A DNA stretch of 63,971 bases, filler included, from Circinaria calcarea (taxonomy: Eukaryota): the NCBI GenBank assembly GCA_051942165.1. It is 4 parts of 4 records of this genome, joined end to end, with 100 filler letters (N's around TTAATTAATTAA, not from the genome) between each part and the next. Parts side by side here need not be neighbours in the genome. Positions count along the whole stretch, not along the records: positions 1 to 16,468 come from JAVECS010000319.1; 3 more parts are not named here. One strand, 5' to 3'. Numbering within the stretch: position 1 is the stretch's first letter; each line of letters opens with the position of its first letter. The notes below the pieces were generated by a model that saw only the letters and a list, made by a program, of their open reading frames with translations, ran no database searches and was not told where the DNA came from. A program made the translations under genes and the position numbers. Positions 1-12,944 of this stretch are shown piece by piece.

Positions 1-664
1 GTGTAATGGTTGAGGGGGGAAAGGGGGAGAAGGGGTGGAGTGAGGTCAAGTAGTGTACGATGATGATGAAAAAGGGGGCGAGGTTAGCATGGCATCGGCC
101 GCGTTGGATTTCCCTGGCTTTTCTCAAAAGTACGATCCGAAGAGAAGAAAAGAGAAGAAAAATGAATTGAACTGGATTGAATAACCGCGGCTTTCCTCAT
201 TCCTCCTGACCACTCAATAGACATATGCGTGCGAGATGAGAATTTGAAATTCAAAACTGCTGCTTGGCTTTTGGCGACAATATGCAATGAGGGGTTCTTC
301 CTCTTCCTCTTCCTGTTCTCCCTTTCGTAGTCGTCCGTTTAGATGTAAGCATTAGCGGGTTCTACGGAAAGATAGCCTTGGGCTGGACAAAATCTGGGTT
401 GGTGGAAAGGAAATCCATCAGTGGTACTGCTGTTGGATTTCAAGGGCAACAGTTTGATGGAAGATGGATACGTTGGATGGCGAAAGGGGGGGGGGGTTGG
501 ACAAAAACAATGGGGGATGAGTGGTTCAATAGGGTACCAGAGTGACATTGAGATCTTACGACATTAAGGTACTCTAAGAAGACCAGGCAAAAGAGCCGTC
601 CTTCGCGTTTATCCCTTTCCGCTTTCAGGCATTCCACATACCACCCCTCATGATCACCACCTCC

Positions 665-1326
<662 letters not shown>

Positions 1327-1647
1327 TGTTGAGGGTTTTGGAAGATGTTTGTTGTTGTTGATGTCGGTATTGAAAACGTTGTTATTAGATTATTGGAAAA
1401 GTTGCTGCTCTCTTTCGGACAATTTCAGCGCAGTGTGCCGTGGATTTAGCGTCCGGAGGATTTTGATTCCGCACCGGTTTTATATCAAGCTAGTTTGAAA
1501 TACTTTGCTCAATTTCCCTACGACAAATGTGAGCCACCAGACTTCACATCTGCCACAGGGTAACAATGAGCAACGACTTCAGCTGTTGACACTACATGAT
1601 TGTGACCTGTTGTAGCTAATTATTCCTTGAACCGCTTGCTGGGAGAA

Positions 1648-3671
1648 ATGCAGCCCCATGAAAGCTGTGAAATGGCACACTCAGCCATGAACGACATTGC
1701 CATTGGGATCATAGGGATGGGTGATATGGGAAAGATGTACACTAGGAGGATCTGTGCAGCAGGCTGGAGGTAGAACAATCTCGTGCCCTAAAGAACAGGT
1801 CCTGCATTTTATCAATATCGTAAGCTGATACTCTTCTTCCCGTGTCGACTTTGCAATGAAAATGATGAACTTGAGTGCATTTGGCTCGAGTATGGTCCGC
1901 CCGCCAGTACTGGCTCCATTTTGCAGTCTTCTTTGGTTGGCAGCTCGTCAATGATGTAAAATCTCAGCTACCTTTTATTATCTTGTCTGAACCGTTTAGC
2001 TTATGCACACGCACGAATCGATTTGACTATGATGATTCTGTGACTGATTCTTACGGCTTTATAGTGGTGTTATTCCTCATACTTGACCGACCGTGAAGAT
2101 GTTGATTGATGCAGGAGAGACTGATGTGGCGGGCAATATCTAGGGTCAACGCTTGCGATCGGCCAAACGAATTCGATAGCTTGAGGGAGGAGTTCGCTGG
2201 TAGTGTACAAAACAGCTTGGGAATAGGATATGGGCATGTAACTAAATAGTAATATAGTCTAATGTACACATCTATCCCAACGGGCATTTGGTTTCCAGGT
2301 CTAGCGACTACATCATCTACAGTGTACCAGCAGAGTCTATAGATTCGGTGGTTGCACTGTACGGGCCATGTATGTTCCAACAGTCAATCATCCAGACTGG
2401 GCATCGTACTAACTGTACTTCAGCCACCAAACAAGGTGCGATAGTTGGTGGACAAACATCATGCAAAGCTCCCGAGATCTCTGCCTTTGAAAAACATCTT
2501 CCTTCGGACGTTGAAATTGTATCGTGTCACTCACTTCATGGCCCCAACGTTGATCCAAAAGGACAGCCATTGGTCCTAATCAGACACCGTGCGTCACAGG
2601 AAAGTTTTGAGCTCGTCGAGAGGATACTCTCATGCTTCGGTTCAAAGCACGTCCATCTTACAGCGGAGACACACGATCGGATTACAGCTGATACGCAGGC
2701 TGTAACACACGCAGCCTTCCTCAGCATGGGCACGGCTTGGCAAGCCAACAATCAGTTTCCTTGGGAGATCAACCGGTACGTTGGAGGCATCGAGAACGTA
2801 AAGATCAATGTAACCCTTCGAATATATTCCAACAAATGGCATGTGTACGCCGGACTCGCCATACTCAATCCGTCAGCCAAGGAGCAAATCCGACAATATG
2901 CCGAATCGGTAACTGAGCTGTTCAAACTAATGCTCGGAGGGCAGCGTGAGGAGCTCACGAAGCGTATCAAGGCTGCCGGAGCGGCAGTATTCGGAGCCAG
3001 ACGCGGTAATGAAGATCTGCTCTTGCGAGATGATGTGCTAGATCGGTTTTCTTTGGGGAAAGTGCCCAAAGAAAGGACACCGAACAATCATTTAAGCTTA
3101 TTAGCAATCGTGGATTGCTGGTGGAAGCTGGCCATTGTCCCGTATGACCATATGATATGTTCCACGCCGGTAGAGTGCTCTGAACCAGCCAGGCCATTGT
3201 ATGAGGCTGATGTGGTATTTAGCTCTTCCGTCTATGGCTAGGTGTGACGGAGTACTTGTTCCGAAAACCTTTACTGCTTGATGAGGTTATCAACACTGCC
3301 ATCGAGGATAACACCTTTCGGTCCGATGACTTGGAGTTCACCTTTGCTGCTCGGGTAGGTACCAAGTCTGCTAGAACCACGCGGCTTGCTAGCGGTCACC
3401 TCTCAGTGGTTGTGGCTGGGCTAAATGACGACTTCTTCCCGGCTGCAGACTTTACTATGCTTCTGCACCGCCTGTTCACTATTGCCTGGGGTTTGACTAA
3501 CATGAGGTTTACGTACAGGGTTGGTCTGACTGTGTCACGTTCGGCGACTTCTCGTCCTATCGCGATCGCTTCGAAAAGATCCAAGCATACTTCGCACCAC
3601 GGTTTCCGGAGGCCATTAGAGTTGGCAATGAGATGATCAAGACCATTCTGGACAAGACCGAGAAGGACTGA
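1648..3671 (+). CDS. TYR1: Prephenate dehydrogenase (NADP+), multi-exon
   Basis: Exon 1 has the Rossmann motif IGIIGMGDMGKMY; core ORF 2288-3241 has GGQTSCKAPEI, CHSLHGP and HDRITADTQAVTHAAFLSMG; stop TGA at 3669-3671. Start ATG choice (1648 vs a downstream ATG) is uncertain. Confidence 0.93.
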
Positions 3672-4773
3672 AGCCTGTAACTTTTGCAACGGTTCTAGAT
3701 CTCCGCTGACGGTCTGGCTTGTTGCGACCAAGCAGGCAGGAGACGGGCAGTAGATTTAGGTCAGGAGCAATTACATGTGCTTATCCCTTCTCCTACCTAC
3801 CTGTCTGTTCGGTGCTATTCGCCCTCGGATCGAGATGATGCCAGACACCGCATCCAAAAGTTACCATAGTTTGAGGAACGGAAAAGGTTAGATCCCATGC
3901 CAGCGATGCCATCTATCTCACGTCGGTTTACCCGGATCGTTGCGCATTAGGGATCCTTCGATCTCATCTTTGATACAAATTCTTGGTGGCAACTGTTGCA
4001 AGCAGCGTCGTTGTACGTTGCGCGTCGCTGCCAACCTCGCTCCTACCCACAGTACTCATGTAACTCAATCATGGAGCCCTTTGTGCTAGACCAGTTTCCG
4101 ACAGGGGTTTATACTCGGTAGCGTTCTAATAGTGGATTAGCGTATAATCCGTCCCACAGCTGTGTCGAATTTGCCAAGCGAGCGGTAGCTTATGCAAAGT
4201 CAGGCTCTCTTTTGGTTGGAATGCCTAAGGTAGGCATTCTTGGCGGCAAGGGTAGGCGTTTTGGGGGGGTGGTTTGCGACTGTCCGAGGTATGTACGAAG
4301 GGAAGCTGGTGGTCGGCAGCCTACAAACCGTCTCCAATGGGACTGTCACTTCGTATATGCTTCCCTACCGGGGCCCAGCTTGGCGAGGACGGACGTGTGA
4401 AATCCAACGTCTATCTGTCGCCTCTCTATCAACTACTTCCGGTGTCGTTTGCTTTTGTTTTGTTCGACCGAAGCGGTCTTGCTTGGAATCGTGACAGCGA
4501 CCCTAAACAAACCGTCTTTGTTCTTTGCTCTCCCTACCTCTTCCCGCCTGGTTCTCGGACCTTGGTCACAAGCGCTAGGTTCTGCAGAATTACTAGAAGT
4601 TTGCCTATTGACCGAAGGTGATTGTGCAAAGATACGTGCTTCACGAGTGGCGATACCTTCTCTTTGGTTACTCTCCTTACCTCTCGTCGAGTGAATCATT
4701 TTCTGTGACGGTATCAATTTTGGTTTGCGGTCCTAGCTTTTTTGTTCCTACCAGTCCTTGACTATTCAGAGAC

Positions 4774-6305
4774 ATGAAACTCTCGATAGTCGCCTTGGTC
4801 CTCGGCATTGGTATGTGAGATCTTAATCTCGAGTTGTTATGAATGCTAACGAACAGTCACGTAGCCCTTGTAGACGCCCAAGTCGCCCAGTACTGCGTGG
4901 AGGAAGAAAACAATGTCTGCTACCGCGTGAACGTTCCGCCTCAGAGCGCCTCGAGTGGGCAGGGCGATATATACTTTCAGATCCAGGGACCGTCCTCGAA
5001 ACAGTGGATCGGTCTGGGGCAAGGGTCCCAAATGAGAGGTGCAAATATCTTCATTATATACAGTGACCCTAGTGGGCAAAACGTTACCTTATCACCGCGG
5101 CTAGGGGAAGGAAATTTCATGCCCCTCTATAACTCCGAAGCGCAGGTCTCTCTGCTCGATGGAACTGGTATTGCAAATGGAACGATGACGGCGAATGTTC
5201 GATGTAAGTCTCTTATGGATTGCTCATACGGCCTGAATACCATTGGGTTATGAATACCGTCTGATCTGTTGATTCCCAGGTTCTAACTGCTCAACCTGGT
5301 CCGGTGGCTCTATGGATTTCTCGGACCCAGAATCGCAATGGATCTTTGCTGTGAGAGATGGTTCTCCGATCAGCTCCAGCGACGTGACCGCAAATCTGCA
5401 ACAACACACCATCCGCAATGGGTTTACATTGGATCTGACCAGAGCCGTTGGTGGCAACTCACTAAACCCTTTTACTTCGACAGGTGTTGGAGGTAGTGTG
5501 CCTATATCTAACTCGTCTAGTAACGGTACAGCAGCGAGTAGTGAAAGCAGTGATACTGCTAACTTGGCACATGGGATCATAATGTCCCTCGCTTTTCTGT
5601 ATGATGCTTTCTCCATTCCGTCAGCACCAATGTACTGACGGCAGTAGGATATTCTTCCCATTTGGTGCCCTTACAGTCCGTCTTCTCTCTTTTCAAGGAC
5701 TTGTGTGGGTTCATGCTGGTGCTCAGCTTTTTGCGTATTCATTAGCATTGGCCGGATTCGGCGTGGGTATTTGGATCGCTGTCACGTCAGCGCAAGTAAG
5801 TAGTCTAACGACGATCTTGTCACTACTGAGCACCGGGAAACCGTAAACAGACAGTACTGATATTTGCCTCCTACAGCTTAGAATGGCCCATCCTATCATT
5901 GGTATCGTCGTTATCTCCCTTCTATTCTTCCAGCCGATCCTTGGACTCGTTCACCATATGATTTACCGGCGCACCCACAGCCGCACTCTATGGGCTCGTG
6001 TACACATATGGTACGGGCGAGCGCTGATGAGCCTCGGAGCCATCAACGGCGGACTCGGCTTGCAGCTCGCCGGGGATTCGGGCAGGCTTGAGATTGCCTA
6101 TGGTGTGGTCGCTGGGGTCGTGTTTTCAGTCTACGTTTTCGTTACTATACTCGGTACCTATAAGAGTAGAGACAAGTTAGAAGGCGAGACAGGGGCGACT
6201 GTGTTGAAAACTGGTGAGATAGGTATGGTGCCTCTAGGGGCGAAAGGATCAGAGACGGAGGCACTGAATTCCGAAGGGGGTATGAATGGGACTAGTGGGA
6301 GATGA
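4774..6305 (+). CDS. Secreted/membrane protein with CDH-cytochrome-like DOMON domain plus cytochrome b561 domain
   Basis: Signal-like MKLSIVALVLGI exon; WIGLGQGSQMRGANIFIIY..SPRLG..MP (DOMON); b561 His motifs AHGIIMSLAF, WVHAG, AHPIIG, VHIWYGR spread across intron-split ORFs. Confidence 0.85.
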
Positions 6306-6999
6306 GAAGCAAGTTAGGCAGATATTATTGATAATGCTGGGTTGCGGAATATTCCCTTTTAGGGGCCAGAGGGGTAAGAAAGGCCGTTTGGGAGAGTCGA
6401 GCTCTAGAAGCCGATCTGGATTTTGCGTTCTTGTACCATCTTCATGAATTTCATCGGCAAAAAGCCACCGTGCATCAGAATCAGAATTAATCACTAACAT
6501 TAAGATGATAAGATGTTGATGGGCTGAGGAATTCTTCATGTGGTAATATGCACCTTTCCATAATCTTGTATCTCGATCGATATTCTCCGAACCCAAATTC
6601 CAGCTCCACGGGCGTTCACTTAGATAATTCGATACCATTCACCGGAAACACGGCCACCTCTGTCCTTTTCCCTGGGGTGATAGCTCAATGCTGCCCACGG
6701 GTTTCTGTGTGATCCCTTATGCTCGATGGCTCCAACATCACTATTCTATCTTGCTCCGTCAAGAGCAATACCTCTGACTTACCTTGGCCATTTATGTTGT
6801 CCAGGTCAGCCTCTTGCCTCCAAAGTTCCATGCATACTCACTGGGAATGTCTAACAAGTTACCATAGCGCATGCTCTAATACTAATCTGAATGGCGAATT
6901 CCGGATACTTAGGATACAGAAGAACGGACCCATGATCTTACAAGACACTACGATAAATTAGAAACCCCTCTTGTCCGTATAAACCGCTTGATCTCCCTG

Positions 7000-8289
7000 A
7001 TGTCAGGAACTCTACTCACCATTTCTCTTCCCTCCCGCACCCTTCTTGGCGTCGATCTTCTCTCATTGACTACCTCTCCCACTATCCACGGTATATCCAA
7101 CATCCCGCCAGGGTGGCATTTTGTCTTCACCGGCGCGACAGCTTCCCTTTCTGTACGTCATGGTATCTGGTTTCATGTACCCGATACTTCTCATATCCAG
7201 CAAAACTCCCTGGGTGGATCCCTGATAGTCAGGAAGTGGGATGCAGGAAAGGAGGAGCTTGTGCCTGTCACGGACAAAATTGAATTGGAGACATGGAGGA
7301 GGAGGTTGCAGGCCGAAGGGGGAAAGTGGGGGAGCCAATATCTAATGGGGTACCGGCAGTCTGCCTCTGGGTCTAGCACTACGGTTGCGACTACGTCTAT
7401 AAGTTCGCCGCAAGAGGAGAAGGACGGACCTTCTACATGGTCAACTTTGACGGCTCACGCTACTCACTCTTTACTTTCCCGGCTCACGTCTAGAACCTTT
7501 ACCCTGACATCCACCTCCTGCTCCCTACAGGACCGAGATGAGATTCCAGGACTATCCGCCTCGGAGGTTGCCTCCGCACTGGAAGGAGAAGAGCTTGTGT
7601 TTCTCGGGATAGACCTTAGCAAGACGTGGAGGGACGGGGCGATTGGAAGAGAGCGGACGGAGGGTGCGCGGGATAGAGGCTGGGCTCTGGCCGAGGCTGT
7701 ACGGAAAAGTCGGGAAGAATGCAGTAAGTTTAGCAAGGGTGGCGAAGTGGAAGGAGAAGGCGAAGGGCAATGGGGAGATGAAGTACTGGGCGAGATGGAA
7801 GTGTGTTTTTTGATGGTATTGACCCTAGGAAACTATTCGTGTTTGGAAGAGTGGAAGAGGGTGCTGGAATTAATATTCACGAGCCGGCAGATTGTGAGAG
7901 AGCAAGAGGAGTTCTTCTGCGAAGCTCTAAGAATACTAGGACGGCAGTTACGGAGGTGCGAGGACGTTGAAGGCGGGTTGTTCGATTTCAGCGATGAGGG
8001 AGGAGGAGGAGCGTTTTTGAAGAAGCTGTTGAAAGGGTTTCGGCGGGCGCTGGCTGAAATGTTTGCGGATGATGGGACAGAAGGCGAGGGAGTAAAAGCG
8101 GAGATGGAAGAAGTGGAAGAGTGGGCGAAAGAAGAGTACGGGTGGGATCTGAGCGACGATATGCTCAGGAGGGGGATGTTGGTATTAGAGGATGGGGAGA
8201 TGGTGGAGATGGAAATGGATGGGGCGGAGGAAGAGGAGGAAAGGGGAGAGTATGCGCCCGTGATTGTGGAGCTAGGACAAGACAGTTAA
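7000..8289 (+). CDS. AAR2: AAR2 family U5 snRNP assembly factor
   Basis: LLGVDLLSLTT..IHGISNIPPGWHFVF N-terminal domain; LGEMEVCFLMVLTLGNYSCLEEWKR; acidic C-terminus ending EERGEYAPVIVEL; first ATG at 7000. Confidence 0.88.
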   Translation: MSGTLLTISLPSRTLLGVDLLSLTTSPTIHGISNIPPGWHFVFTGATASLSVRHGIWFHVPDTSHIQQNSLGGSLIVRKWDAGKEELVPVTDKIELETWRRRLQAEGGKWGSQYLMGYRQSASGSSTTVATTSISSPQEEKDGPSTWSTLTAHATHSLLSRLTSRTFTLTSTSCSLQDRDEIPGLSASEVASALEGEELVFLGIDLSKTWRDGAIGRERTEGARDRGWALAEAVRKSREECSKFSKGGEVEGEGEGQWGDEVLGEMEVCFLMVLTLGNYSCLEEWKRVLELIFTSRQIVREQEEFFCEALRILGRQLRRCEDVEGGLFDFSDEGGGGAFLKKLLKGFRRALAEMFADDGTEGEGVKAEMEEVEEWAKEEYGWDLSDDMLRRGMLVLEDGEMVEMEMDGAEEEEERGEYAPVIVELGQDS

Positions 8290-8633
8290 TTAAGGCCATG
8301 AACTCTTCTCAGCATTCCTATCCTCCAAAGAGACTCTTACTCATATTGTACTCACCGAGATGGTTGCCCTCGAGATTCACCCCCGAGATGTTATTTATAC
8401 ACCTCCTTGATCCAAGTCCGTTATCTAGTATGTTGTACTGTAGCCGCACCACTTACACGTCATCCGCACCACCAGCGGTAGATTCCTTAAGCGTGCCAGC
8501 GCCTTGCATCTACCTTAGGAATCAACAGCATGATTATACTCATAATATCAGGCACGACTGCATTCCTCTCAAATGCGATACTTTGTCAGACAATCTTAGC
8601 GCCCCTTGCATTCAGGTGGGGTCATCAACAACA

Positions 8634-10067
8634 ATGCGAACACCTCGAGGAGCCGAGAGAACCATTAAATGGTGCCGGAGGCTGTCAAAAGTCCTCTTCA
8701 CCCGTCAACCTCTGGAAGCAGCACCAGCTCCCGATAAAATCCACCTGGATACGAGCTGGGTGCCGCAAGACAACCATCTTCTAAGTCTGCCCTGCGAGCT
8801 TCTACTTCAGATAGTCAATGAAGTGTCCCCGTTTGACATCCTGAGCTTCTCTCTTAGCTGCAAGCAAATCTACAATCTTGCAGAGGATTTTGCAAAGGAA
8901 GCCAGGGAGTGTATCCCAAAATATTCGAGGGTGCCATCCGATCACGACTCCAGTTATAATCTAGACACTGCCTCCGCATATTTCCTCAGCCTTTTGAACG
9001 ACCTGGTGAGAAGACCTCGGATTGGTCTTTATATTACGGATTTCCGTATTCTCGGCTCGAGCTTGGGGTCTTATCTCAACAACGACATTCGGGGGTTGCT
9101 CAAGGCACCATCAACCGTTATTGAAACTTCTCTCTTCATAAACCCAAGCGAGAGCCAGCCGTGGCTTGACCAGCTGCTTACAGAAGAGGATCCGGATCTG
9201 GCAAATGCTCTCGTTCTACTGTTTCTTCCTAATGTACTACACTTAACCTTGTCAGCATTTCACACAGGCTGGGAAGGCATAGCCCAGCGCATAGCCCAGG
9301 TTGTTCATGATATAGCTTCTATGAAGCATGGTCGCACGTCTTCCCAGCTACTAAGTAAATTGGCTTCGGTAAAGGCTCGTTGGGCAACAGATGCTGGCCT
9401 TGATCTAGTCGCCTCCTTTGCAGCCCTTCCTTCGATGCGAGAAATCAGCGTTAGTGGTTTGCGAGGAGATCGCGGTCATTTCGAGAACTGGCCATTCGAT
9501 CATCTATCCACAGTTACAACGCTGCGGATGGATCACTGCACTTTTGGTATGGATCAAGTTGCAGCCCTCCTCGAAGGTTTCTCAGCATTACGGAGCTTTC
9601 ACTACCAAACGTATAGTCACGGGCCACCACAACATGATATTAATCCGAGGGCTCTCTGCAGAACGTTGGTAAAGAGGGCAAGGAGGAGTCTCGAAAGGCT
9701 CTTCATAGGTGTCAATTATTCTTGGAGAGTAAGTTCCGAGACGCCCACTTTCATTGGATCACTGCTGGAATTCCAAGTCCTAAAGTACGTCGGCCTTGAG
9801 ACTAGGTTTCTCTCACGATTTGGTATCACAGAAAAGCTGGTCGACATGCTTCCAGCTTCATTGGAGTCTCTCGAGTTGCTCTCCGCACTGACTTCAGAAG
9901 CCGCCTCAGCCATGTTGACGGACTTGCCTGAACTCAAGGAAACACGTTTACCAAACCTACAAGAGATAAAACTACAGGTTGCGCAGCTCCCCAAGCACAT
10001 TCATGCTTCGTGTAGTAGTATAGGCGTCTCTATCACCGATGCACGCGGTTCCATAATGCTGGAATAA
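8634..10067 (+). CDS. F-box protein with leucine-rich-repeat-like C-terminal region
   Basis: LLSLPCELLLQIV..VSPFDILSFSLSCKQIY F-box signature; LRR-like segments (LPASLESLEL, LPNLQEI). ATG at 8634 chosen as the plausible start. Confidence 0.75.
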   Translation: MRTPRGAERTIKWCRRLSKVLFTRQPLEAAPAPDKIHLDTSWVPQDNHLLSLPCELLLQIVNEVSPFDILSFSLSCKQIYNLAEDFAKEARECIPKYSRVPSDHDSSYNLDTASAYFLSLLNDLVRRPRIGLYITDFRILGSSLGSYLNNDIRGLLKAPSTVIETSLFINPSESQPWLDQLLTEEDPDLANALVLLFLPNVLHLTLSAFHTGWEGIAQRIAQVVHDIASMKHGRTSSQLLSKLASVKARWATDAGLDLVASFAALPSMREISVSGLRGDRGHFENWPFDHLSTVTTLRMDHCTFGMDQVAALLEGFSALRSFHYQTYSHGPPQHDINPRALCRTLVKRARRSLERLFIGVNYSWRVSSETPTFIGSLLEFQVLKYVGLETRFLSRFGITEKLVDMLPASLESLELLSALTSEAASAMLTDLPELKETRLPNLQEIKLQVAQLPKHIHASCSSIGVSITDARGSIMLE

Positions 10068-11154
10068 CTCTAGGAGTACAAGTGCCAATAGGAAACCTGG
10101 CATCGCTAGATAGTGAAGCAAGCGGCCGAACCACCCTTGAGACAACAAACATTCAACTTGATTAGAACGCGTTCCTCCATACCTATAACGGTCAAGGAAA
10201 TTTCATCCGCTTGACCACAGAGACCAAACCCGCCCTCGGGAACACGGCTAAGAGACGAAGGTAGAAGAGCATTACATACCAACACGAGCCGCCAACGAAC
10301 GAGAGCCAGCAGTAGAAAAAGTTAACCACATTGCCATGAACTACCTTTTGGTAGCCTATTCCCGAGCTTCATCTGGGCACGGCCCGAAGCTGCATAGAAG
10401 CAGATTTAGACCATCTCAACATGCAATAATTATTGTACAAAGTGAGGAACTTACAGGGTCTTGGCGGCTGACAGTTGGGCGGAGACTCACGGGGAAGAAG
10501 GCCGACGCCTTAGGAAAATGTGTGAAGGATATCACTGGACTCATTTCTTACATGCATACATAACGCCGTGCTCGAGAAGCATTGCACCCAATGGGAACCA
10601 CTCATCTATGATTAGAACTGGACGTTACAATTGGATGTTACGGCGCGTAGAAATCGTACTCCGCTCTGGCCATTTCAGCGGCCCTCCGCCGTTGACCGTA
10701 AACCAACGGGTCTGGTGGAGATTAACGACTGCCTCGCGTACAGAGATAAAAACACGTTGGAGACACACTCTCGGGCCGAATGTCGAAATTAGGGGTCAGG
10801 CACAGGGGTGGGAGCTAAGATTTAGCCTTGCCGGATGCCCTGAACCCCTTTTCGATATGCGGTAAGCTCCCTGATTGGTGACCCGAACACTTGGGTTCGT
10901 ATTAATAGCAGATACGAGCTTGGCGGCAGCTGTCTGTTAATCTCCTTTAGTTGAAGTCCTTCTTTTTATACACAGCCTGTTCACGTCAAATATTGTTCAT
11001 CTTCATCATTTTATCTTGACTTTGCTCAGTCTCATTTGACTACCACACTCGTTTGAAAAGCGCGCATAGTACCTTGTAATACCTCTAACATATCTTCAAC
11101 ACGATCACTGCCTCCTGTTTCTAGCCAAGAATCATTAGCCCAATCATCCGCACA

Positions 11155-12007
11155 ATGCCTTCAATTAAGCAGCTCATCATTAGCGCATCTTTTGTCGTCG
11201 CAGCTTTGGCTCAGTCACCAATCGGGTTCACCCAGACTCCAAGCGACACAGTCACGGCTGGTGTCTCTACTACGCTGGAATGGACGGGAGGTGATGGCTC
11301 ATCTGTGCGTCTTCCCAACTATGCTGCGAACTCGAGCACAGCTAAACCCCTCGCTCCTATAGACCATAACCATTTATCTCCTCAAAGGCGACGTTGAAAG
11401 CCCCACCTTAAACACAACCATTCTACAACGTTTGTTCCCCTCCCGCTTTGTTCCCTCAATCGTTTCAGCTGACCCTACCCTAGGGAACGCTCAAGGCACT
11501 TCATTCGACTGGACTCCTTCAAGCAGTCTTGCCAACGGAGACGATTACTCTCTCGAGATCTCTCAAGGTACCGATGTCAGCGTTTCCGGTTCATTTGCCA
11601 TCTCCAGTGGGCAAGGCGCCACGTCCTCGCTTCCAGAGGCGAGCACAACCTTCTTCTCGTCCCTGTCTACCAGTACCACCCTAGCTCCCTCCGCGTCCGC
11701 ATCCTCGGTCAGTGCTGCGCTCTCTTCTCTGAGCGAAGTACTTTCAAGCCTCGCTACCAGCAGATCGGTCATCATCATGACAACGACTGTTGGCACAGCT
11801 AGCGTTGGCACCGGCGTTCCCATTGCAGCAAACACAACATTTGTCAGTCAAACTCTCACGGCGCCGACGGGAGCATCCACGACTTCAGACTCGGCATCGG
11901 GTAGTACTGGTAGTCCTACCGCCGTTTCTACCGGCGGCGCTGCTGGTCTTGCTAGCTCCCTAATCCTCGTACTGAGTGCGGTCGTTGCGCTTGTGTGTGT
12001 GAGCTAG
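11155..12007 (+). CDS. GPI-anchored Ser/Thr-rich cell wall protein (Kre9/Knh1-like N-terminal domain)
   Basis: Signal peptide MPSIKQLIISASFVVAALA; WTPSSSLANGDDYSLEI motif; S/T-rich stalk; hydrophobic C-terminal GPI signal; two introns. Confidence 0.82.
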
Positions 12008-12944
12008 GTTTCGTTGCTGAGGGGGTCTGAGGTTTTCCTTAAGACAGTATGATGGATGTCAGAATTCTACACTAGGGATCCCTGGTTGAGCAAGGATACC
12101 ATGTTTTGTACTGTAGTTTGTATGGTGACTGGGGTTATTAATCTGGTGGCTGGGTATCGCCTATATAGTTCCCAACTACCCCCATAGTAATAAATCAGAC
12201 CTTTTGACAATAGAAGCTATATAGCAGCCATATCAGTAACATTTCGTTTGATATAAATCACTGCGCACCGAATCTTGTACCTGCGTGGATTAAGAAGTCA
12301 AAGGAACGTTACATCCGGCCTTCCCATGGTTTGCCAGTTGTTCACCGTGATGCCTTTCTTGCTTTTATGAAACTCCATTCCACGTTTACTGCGATCCATA
12401 TCTCGTGTCTAGTATCAACCTACTTACTTCATAGGGCATAGAGTGGAGCGGCCCGTCAAAACGCAGATGGTGCTCGGTTGCTGCATAGAGTAAAGGTGTA
12501 TTCACATCAATGAACAACCACCATCATTCGCGCTCTGTCAAAACCAAGCTTTTTGTTCCAGCCACTGACAGGCACTAGAGACACTAGATCCGTGCTGCGA
12601 ACATGAACCAAAGCGTGGGGGGACGGACCTTTGACGGGTGTCTGCCAAGCAGACGCCAGGCTGCACTGCCCATCCGACATCGTTCACCGGTGACGGCTGT
12701 CTCGGTGCTACACATATATCACACGCTGCAAGTTGGAAAATGATGAACAATGGATTGATCGAAAGATAGCCGGTTGAAGCCCAGAGCTTTCTACACCGCA
12801 TTGAAGACTTACGGATCTGCCCTCCCCCACCAGCTGATAAAAACCGCCTGACCGTACCTTCCGGAAACCGCGCCCACTGCCTGCTCCAGACCGATCTCGA
12901 GTGTTTCTTTCCACGCCGTCAGTCCCAGAATTTGGGGGCTTTGA

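Noticed and set aside
8121..8633. N-terminal 171 aa of the 648-aa ORF overlapping AAR2
   Set aside because: Non-ATG start inside AAR2 in another frame with no protein-like features; the F-box protein plausibly starts at ATG 8634.
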